A program made the translations under genes and the position numbers. Under the pieces are notes generated by a model. The model was not told where the DNA came from. It did no database searches and saw only the letters and a program-made list of their open reading frames with translations. A DNA stretch of 64,000 nucleotides from Eledone cirrhosa. Taxonomy: Eukaryota. Below are positions 55,555-64,000 of this stretch, piece after piece. Every line of letters begins with the position of its first letter. Position 1 is the stretch's first letter. The DNA is taken from assembly GCA_964016885.1 (NCBI GenBank), contig OZ024742.1:2728001-2792000 (forward strand). Reading direction: 5' to 3'.

Positions 55555-56440
55555 CTAGCAGTAAAGCCCGGCGTTGCTCGGGGTCGCTCAGTAGCTGTGT
55601 TAAAGTTACAATGTTAAGTTTCTTTCTTGGCTTAAAAACTGTAGTGTCTACTGTGCAGACTTGCATGTGGTGTTTTTGATTAATATTCCCTCAACCAACA
55701 ATATGCCTTATTAAGTTAAGAAAACATAACGATAACCCGAATGTTATAACAAAAGAGGATGCTGGGGATAGAAACTGCACTGGTTATTTATTAACAAAGA
55801 TCGAAAATGTAAACACTGCAACGCAGAGAAAAACATTAGCGTAACCAAATGATCAGTTATGTCTGTCTGCACGCCTATATCACCTCTCTGCACCACTGTC
55901 TGTCTGCACGCCTATATCACCTCTCTGCACGACTATCTGTCTGCACGCGTATATCACCTCTCTGCACGACTGTCTGTCTGCACGACTGTCTGTCTGCACG
56001 CCTAACGACGAAATATTTGCTTGTTTTACGTAGTCTTTAAATAGACTTGTTTTCAAGTAAAAATATTGTTTTAAAATGCTTTTAAATGGAAATGAAGCAA
56101 AACGGAAGCTTAGTGTTCGAACTGATGAATTTTGCAGGTCAATATTTTGCTGGCTCGTCATTTTAAACGCTGAGAAAGCCAGCGTAATTTTTTTACGTAA
56201 GACGCTCAATGTAAACAGAACAAAGGGAAATGTCTGATAACTTACGCTCAAAAATCGATACATTATATTCGATTTCGTCACATAGGGTGGGTCAATTTGA
56301 AATATTATTTTTCCGATGTCTTCGCTAGGGCTCAATGTACAAGTATAGCAATTTCGGTGCAATTCCGTGAGAGATTCTAAGAGGAGATGTGTGCCAAAAA
56401 TCGATAGACAGACAGACAACCACAGTTTTATATATATAGA
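55555..56440 (-). mobile_element. Non-autonomous Helitron (886 bp)
   Basis: Minus strand starts TC(tatatatataaa), ends CTAG, hairpin cccgagcaacgccggg 8 nt before CTAG, inserted between A and T. Confidence 0.8.
55861..56003. repeat. Short minisatellite (~33-37-bp unit) inside the Helitron
   Basis: gtctgtctgcacgcctatatcacctctctgcac repeated about three times plus partial units. Confidence 0.85.
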
Positions 56441-57119
56441 TGTGTCACAAAATATCAATGTTAAGATATTTTACTGATTTTTATAAGTCTTCAACTTCAC
56501 ATTATTCAGTTGTACATATGATATACAGGGTGTGCCTTCAGTCACGCACCAAAAAGAGTGAGCTGTCATATAAAATGTGAACCATTCGATTCAATCAGTA
56601 CCTGAAAATCCCAGATGATATGATGGTGAATTGATACTGTTATAATTGTGTGACACATCTGTTTTGTATATCTGTACGAAACGAGGGTAAAACTCAAGGT
56701 ATTCACCAGGTGTAATTCTGAACTACCAGCGAGAGACTACAACGAGACTCCGTACACACAGTTACCCAGCCAGTTAAGTTCAGTTCTTATTTATAGAGTT
56801 TCGCCTAGTCCACTTTTAGTATTCATGGTTTTATCCCCACAACAGATACCTTGTGTTATTTCAATATTTTTGTTGTTTATACCATACAATGTACATGAAT
56901 ACTAAATTGTTTTCAATGCTTTGGTACACAACGTACGGTCTACTCTGTATAAATAAGCAACGAAATGTATTTTTCCCCAGAAATCAAACCACTAAAATAT
57001 TCATATTACTTTAAAGAGTTAACTTATTATTCATAGATCGGTCGATATCAATATTGAACTAGAACGCTTGGCAAAAATATATCTAGAAATTGTAAATATA
57101 GTTCCCCTGGCAGTTATAA

Positions 57120-57196
<77 letters not shown>

Positions 57197-57314
57197 TATT
57201 TGTTTATTTATATTTTAATATATATATATTTATATTTATATATTTTTATTTTTATATATTTGTGCACCTACACATAGGCCTGTATGATGTATACTCACAC
57301 ACATATATATGTGT

Positions 57315-57376
<62 letters not shown>

Positions 57377-58928
57377 AAAGCGGAAATGTGCAGATAAGAA
57401 ATAGATATATAACATTAATCCTGCTTACTTAAAGAGATGGAGTCAAATGTTTCAAAGATAATACAGACACATTAGTTTTATCTCTTATATTTCTTATATG
57501 GAATATTCTGGAAAATACGATAAACGTTGATTTCTTCTCTAACAATCTATATTATGAAAGTTTGTATTTATAGTTGCTTAAGTAGTGTCTAGTTTATATA
57601 CCAATCAATATAGCATGAATTAATACAATGAGGTACATCCACCAATGGAGCGAAGATTTCTCTTGTAGTTTCCTAATGTAATATCTCAGTGTTCTATCTC
57701 AGCAATTATTTAACAACTTTGAAACCAATTCACCCGAACAGTTCGTTTTTTTTTAAAGTATTCATGTTTAAAATTAAATCTTCCATTATACGTTTTTGTA
57801 AGAAAATGTTCATAAATTTTGTTATAAACGTGAATTAAATAACATAAAAGTTACTCGTATTCAACTAAATTTCTACAAATGTTTGATTATTTGAAAATCA
57901 ATTAAAAATGATAAGCAATGTTGTAATGAAATGATTGTCTCTTCCAACATTATGTATATTTAGTGTGGTATGGTAATGAAATGATTGTTTCTTCCTACAT
58001 GACGTATTATTAGTGTGTATAGAGCTGTAGTTAATCTTGGTCTTTATATATGTATTGATATTTAATATTGATTTATTTATTTGTTGCTTTATATGTATAG
58101 TAAAAGCGATAAGACGACATGGGATTATATTTTATAGAAGTTTGAAAATGATTTGCAACAGTGAAAACTAAATCTCAATACGAGTTACTTATACGACTTC
58201 ATTTGCTATCAACGTTTTTTAAGATATCAGAGGCAATATACACGATCTGTTAGTTTAGTTAATTCTAACATATTTAATATTGTGTGCATTGAAATATCTA
58301 ATTACAACATATAATTAACTGGTATTGAAAAGTATATTATATCAATGACGAATAATATGGTTTTAATGATATTTTCATCAACCATGGGAGCTAACTCCAG
58401 ATATGTTTCAGTTTTATAAGAACTCCTCATCGAACTATATAATTTTCGACGTAATGATGAAAACATCACTAAGCAAATGTCAAATATTGTTACATGAGTA
58501 GCCACGAAAATTAATTAATCCCCCAGAAAGATTATTCGTGGTCGCCATCTGCAGGGAAAACGATAGTTAAGATAATTTTAGCACATTCTTTTTCTTCATT
58601 TACAAAACAATAAAAACAAAAAAAAAGTCTTGCCAATAAACATGGCATTTGAAGTTTTCTTCAAATAATTCTATTAATATTACGGAATAATGCCTTATGA
58701 TATCTTTTGATGTTTTGCAATCTCAAATCGTGTGTAATATACAATATATGGAGTTTGGATTGAAATTAAAAGACAACTAAATTTTGTAAATCTATAAGAG
58801 GTGTTAGAGTGTTCATTTTAAATGTTTTGTGGCATTTGTCGTGGATCTGTGAGTTCTGTTGCAGAAAAATGAAACATCCAATGTGATGCAGCCACATACA
58901 TATATACAGGATAAAGAAGTTCTACAAT

Positions 58929-59174
58929 CCAATTTGATTCTTTAAAAAGGATTATTACAATTATTTATAACTTTAACGGTTTCACATGTTTTATGAGTTT
59001 CAAATGTTAAAAGAGATGGAGAGATATGTAGTTATGACGATTTGTAATTTGCATCTGAAGTCGTCATAATTACATATCTCTTCATCTCCTTTAACATTTG
59101 AAACTTATAAAACATGTGAAACCGATAAAGTTATAAATAATTGTAAATAATCATTTATAAAAAACTCAAATTGC
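58929..59174. repeat. Inverted repeat, ~110-bp arms
   Basis: ~58929-59041 is an imperfect reverse complement of ~59059-59174. Confidence 0.85.
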
Positions 59175-59237
59175 ATTTTAAAACTTCTTTTTCCTGTATT
59201 TTTACCTGTGTGGGATATATTAAAAAAGCTTACTTTC

Positions 59238-59270
<33 letters not shown>

Positions 59271-59780
59271 TGTGTGTGTGTGTGTGTGTCCGTGTGTATG
59301 TGAGTGCATGTGTGTATATGTGTGTTCGTCTGTGTGTGTGTGAGTGCATGTGTGTATAGGTGTGTGTGTATATGTGTGTGTATATGTGTGTGTGTATGTG
59401 TGTCTGAGTGCATGTGTGTATATGTGCCTATCTCTATGGTCTCTCACTCTCATTCTATCTTACAACTTTCCACATTTTCCTATTAAATCTAATCCATAAT
59501 TTTCCATTCGATATATACCATATATTCTGGTCTTCTTCTAACTATCCCTTTCCACTGATTATTTCCCCCTTTTGGTTCTGTATTGTCTGATATACATCTC
59601 TTGCAGAGGATCGAAAGTGTTCCCCCTCTATCACCTCACTTCCTGAAAATGTCCATTGATGCCGTTGGTAAAATGAGTCAAAATGACGCAGTATTCCAGT
59701 TTGATGGATGCTGAATGAAGACAATCTGTCGTATTCCATTGCTTCACCCTTTTTGGGGCAAATACTTTGGCAATCTCTCT

Positions 59781-59915
<135 letters not shown>

Positions 59916-59941
59916 AATATATATATATGTATATGTATATA

Positions 59942-60016
<75 letters not shown>

Positions 60017-60091
60017 CGAAGGAAGTGTGGTAAGGAACGAGGTGGACCATAACGCACCAAAGTACTCAATACTTAGGGTAGTAGAGTGGGT

Positions 60092-60170
60092 AATAGGAAC
60101 GAGTAGGACCCCGACGTCCAGAATTAGCCGTCGAAACGGCTTGAGCTCAGCCGTCGGAGTCCTACTCGTT

Positions 60171-60174
<4 letters not shown>
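60092..60174. repeat. GC-rich hairpin (~24-bp stem with an inner hairpin) between (TA)n tracts
   Basis: ataggaacgagtaggaccccgacg...cgtcggagtcctactcgttcctat; inner agccgt-cgaa-acggct. Confidence 0.8.
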
Positions 60175-60206
<32 letters not shown>

Positions 60207-60430
60207 CACATACATATTCATATATGTATACACATATATATATACATAGATACATACATATATATATATATACATTTATACATACATATGTGCGCGTGTG
60301 TGTGTGTGTGTGTTAAAAACGTTTGCTTTTATCTACAAATATATAAGTGCTAAAAGCTGCCAATAATATCGGGCACGCACGCAGACAAAAAGAACAATAA
60401 TAATAAAACAACAGAGAACAGAAATAGATT

Positions 60431-60473
<43 letters not shown>

Positions 60474-61135
60474 GGAGGGGGAGGGTCTGTATATATTTTC
60501 AAATCGAGACTTAATTTCTTGGATTATTCAAATGAAATGCTATAGGAAAATCGATAACAAGCGAAGTGAGAAGAGGAAGAAGGAGATTACTGTAGAATGT
60601 TTAGATAGGGCGTTTGATTGATAGCTGATTACCTGATCGGCAGATATTACAATTAATGATGCATGAGAGTGAGCACGCTGCTTCTTTTATTTATTCAACC
60701 ACCATTTTGATCGATCTGTCAAACATGGCGTCTTAAGCAAGCCAACAAAGACAGAAACAAACAATTACATAAACAGAAAAAAATATATTCACTGAGTTAT
60801 AGACATCCTGAAGATCACGTTCTGTCAACTACCACGTGGTGCCGGCGAGAACATATTCTGTAGGAATGTGTCTTTCCTAGAATGTTTGTTATATAAATTT
60901 CATACCCAAGTTTGATGTGTTTTGTCATGTTGTTGTGGTTGCCAGGGCTTGCTAGCGCTCATATGCATATAAACCTTTGGAAAAGGAAAGAATTTATATG
61001 AGATTTCGAATGAATTTTTAGCAGGCGGACGAATCAGTGTTTGAATAACGATAATGGAACATTTTGAATACTTTCAATTCAATCATTAATAGCAAACAGA
61101 GAGGAGAACGATAAAGCTGTTTTGTCACGCAGCCG

Positions 61136-61220
<85 letters not shown>

Positions 61221-61236
61221 ACACACACACACACAT

Positions 61237-61296
<60 letters not shown>

Positions 61297-61451
61297 ACTC
61301 ACACACACACACACATGTTCTTTGATGGACAGAGTTTGTTCTTGTGTGTGTCAATGGGTATTGGTATATATGTATATTTGGCTGTATGCCTGTGCTTGTA
61401 TAAACATGAATTTGCATATATATATATATGTGAGTAAATATGTATATACTG

Positions 61452-61484
<33 letters not shown>

Positions 61485-61871
61485 TAATATATGTATATAT
61501 ATATATATATATATACATAGAATGTTTAAAATATATATATATATATGCGTGTGCGTGTGTATGCATGTGTGTATGTGTGTATGTGAGTACGTGTGGGTAG
61601 TTAGTGTTGTTTTTATATTTCAAAATATTCTCGTGCTGGATTCTTATATTTGATTGATTATCTCTACATTGAATGCTTAAAAGATGAATGTGTAGTTTTA
61701 TATTTGTGTATATATGGTGGTGGTAGTGGTGTGCAGCTAGTGAAGAGGTGGTGGTGTGTAGGTGGAGGTGGTGGTGTGGAGGTGAAGGTGGCATGTAGCT
61801 AGTGAAAAGGTGGAGGTATATGTGTGTTTGAGTCGTGAATATGTACATGTGTAATCCTGTCTATTCAACAA

Positions 61872-61902
<31 letters not shown>

Positions 61903-61992
61903 GCCAAAGAAATACGGTTTTAGGAAGCCGTAGCTATGCAAACACCAGGCGGCTAACGCCCTCTGGTGATGTCCAGCAGAAGCAAGAAGGAC

Positions 61993-62038
61993 AACCGTCT
62001 ATGCATTTCAGGCTTAACTGGCCTTCGTCAGGACGATC
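61993..62038 (-). ncRNA. Minimal type I hammerhead ribozyme
   Basis: gatcgtc-ctgacga-aggc cagttaa gcct-gaaa-tgca-ta-gacggtt. Confidence 0.9.
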
Positions 62039-62390
62039 CCTCCCACCGCTTGCGACTGCTGGACTAGAAGACAGCCGAGAATATATAGTTTTCTCGTCTG
62101 TGTAAATGAGGTGATTAATCTCATTTGCATATGAAGCTGCATAAGTTAGCTCAACTTATAATAGAAAAGAAATAAGATTTCGCCTCAAGCATATTTCTTT
62201 GGAAATACGAAATTTCTAAACATATTGTATAAAGCTATGCTTGAAGCAAAATCATATTTCTTTTCTATTATAAGTTGAGCCAACTTATGCAGCTTCATAT
62301 GCAAATGAGATTAATCATCTCATTTACACAGACGAGAAAACTATATATTTTCGCCTGTCTTCTAGTCCAGCAGTAGCAAGCGATGGGAGG

Positions 62391-62436
62391 GATCGTTCTG
62401 ACGAAGGCCAGTTAAGCCTGAAATGCATAGACGGTT
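62391..62436 (+). ncRNA. Minimal type I hammerhead ribozyme
   Basis: gatcgtt-ctgacga-aggc cagttaa gcct-gaaa-tgca-ta-gacggtt; predicted cleavage after 62429. Confidence 0.9.
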
Positions 62437-63113
62437 GTCCTTCTTGCTTCTGTTGGACATCGCAAGAGACCGTTAGCTGCCCGGTGTTTGCATATCTACG
62501 GCTTCCTAAAACCAAATTTCGTTGGAGATACGAAATTTCTATACATATTGTATAAAGCTATGCTTGAAGTGAAATCTTATTTATTATATATCACTTGAAA
62601 ACTCTTTAATTGTTTAATTTCTATTTGTTAATTTTTTAATTTATAATCTCTGATACTTGATTTAGGATTTTCGATTTTAAATTGTAATGTTTAGTTCTAA
62701 TTTCACTTATAACTTCCAATATGAAACTATGATACATAGAATTAAAAATATATACTCTTAGGGGTTGATGGTCAGTTATTAGTGAGAGGTAGTATATGGA
62801 CCTGTAAATACTAACACTCCCATCCCCACTGGCTTTCGGCTGACTGCCACAGATGGGATGGGTAGCAATAAACTATGGTGCCGGCTTGAATGGGTCATTG
62901 TCTGGCTGAGAGAGGGAACTGACCAAGCGAATTTCGTTTAAATCTGCGGTAGCTAATGGTCAACTTCCCCCTGGACCTGCGCCTGCGCAGACCAGTGGGG
63001 GTGAATTGGTACTCTCAGGGGAACGGATGAAGAACCCAAAAGCACATACTTTGTCCGTTCCCATGTCGATTCAATTTGGATTGCCTCGGAAACATAACCT
63101 TATTATGTAACAA

Positions 63114-63187
63114 GCTGTCTGAAGATGTCGCGAGACTGGCGCACAGAACAGTGTGGCCACTTCCGCCATTGAAATATATATCACAGC
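63114..63187 (+). ncRNA. Type I hammerhead ribozyme with extended stem II
   Basis: gctgt-ctgaaga-[45-nt imperfect hairpin]-gaaa-tatata-tc-acagc; AUC site at 63180-63182. Confidence 0.75.
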
Positions 63188-63304
63188 ATTAGTATTAAAG
63201 GACTTGAACATCTGAAACTACTTCGCTTTTCCTTATTCGATATTTACTCCGTCACTCCTATGTGGAATAAGTACGTTGAGTGCTTGATTTGAATTGCATC
63301 CTAA

Positions 63305-63454
<150 letters not shown>

Positions 63455-63636
63455 TTATATATATATGAGTAACATATATTTACGTACATAAGTTTCAACT
63501 GTCACACATGCGTGTTTTATTTGTCATATTCCAGTAGAGCCCAACTGTCAGTGATACATTACAGATATAATTTGGTTGGTCAGTTTGTTTCTGGTCTGTT
63601 ATATAAAAATTCATCATGTGACCTGCTTTTGTATAT

Positions 63637-63815
63637 AATGGTTTCTGATTTAGGCACAAGGCCAACAGTTTTGGGGGAAAGGGAAAGTCGATTAAATCGA
63701 ACCAGTGTATTACTGGTATTTTATTTTATCAACCCCATAATGATGAAATCAGAACGCAAAGGGCAATAACACTATGTCGCTAAGCATGTTGTCTGACTCT
63801 ATCCTTTCTGCCAAT
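63637..63815 (-). mobile_element. tRNA-derived SINE, internally deleted
   Basis: ggcacaaggcc, tactggtattttattttatcaacccc and ttctgccaa match the other SINE copies. Confidence 0.65.
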
Positions 63816-64000
63816 GTGATTAAACCAGTAACTGTCAGTAGTTCAACAGCAGCTAAGAAGGTGAATAACACCCGAACTATTTAGATTACTCATCAAATAA
63901 CTTGTGATATAATGCAGCAATGAAAAAAATGACAAATGCGATTTGAAGGTGATTTTATTTTCTATTTCTAAGACGGTGACATGTTTAGAGGCTCATTGTG

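Larger units (their letters stand above)
61904..62582. mobile_element. Non-coding HHR element: 323-bp unit with terminal redundancy (+) and an inverted copy (-); retrozyme-like or solo pLTR
   Basis: 62193-62259 repeated at 62516-62582; 61904-62193 is the reverse complement of ~62236-62525. Confidence 0.8.

Noticed and set aside
56524-56550. tacagggtgt Tc1/mariner-like terminus
   Set aside because: No matching inverted end or transposase found
60803-60870. catc-ctgaaga...gagaac...ta-ggaatg hammerhead-like string
   Set aside because: GAAA disrupted and stem II register poor

Overview
AT-rich, microsatellite-dense animal genomic DNA. It is most likely a cephalopod such as Octopus, inferred only from recalled SINE resemblance and repeat style. 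No convincing host gene was found; the window is almost all mobile DNA. (1) 4.4-16.1 kb: nested Penelope-like elements (GIY-YIG endonuclease, one near-complete RT) with direct and inverted pseudo-LTRs carrying many hammerhead ribozyme (HHR) motifs. (2) 17.5-53.9 kb: a decayed RTE LINE whose 3' microsatellite appears to host a ~32-kb array of eight non-LTR retrotransposons. Five are Tx1/L1-like (APE), all on +; three are R4/Dong-like (RLE), all on -. Most junctions are (ATT)n. All five Tx1 copies have a GTAAGT splice-donor motif at the end of ORF1, and two have a strong acceptor after ORF2. (3) 54-64 kb: an RTE-derived non-autonomous element, SINEs, a non-autonomous Helitron, fold-back repeats and a 323-nt non-coding HHR unit resembling a retrozyme. 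Element boundaries were read by eye and are approximate.
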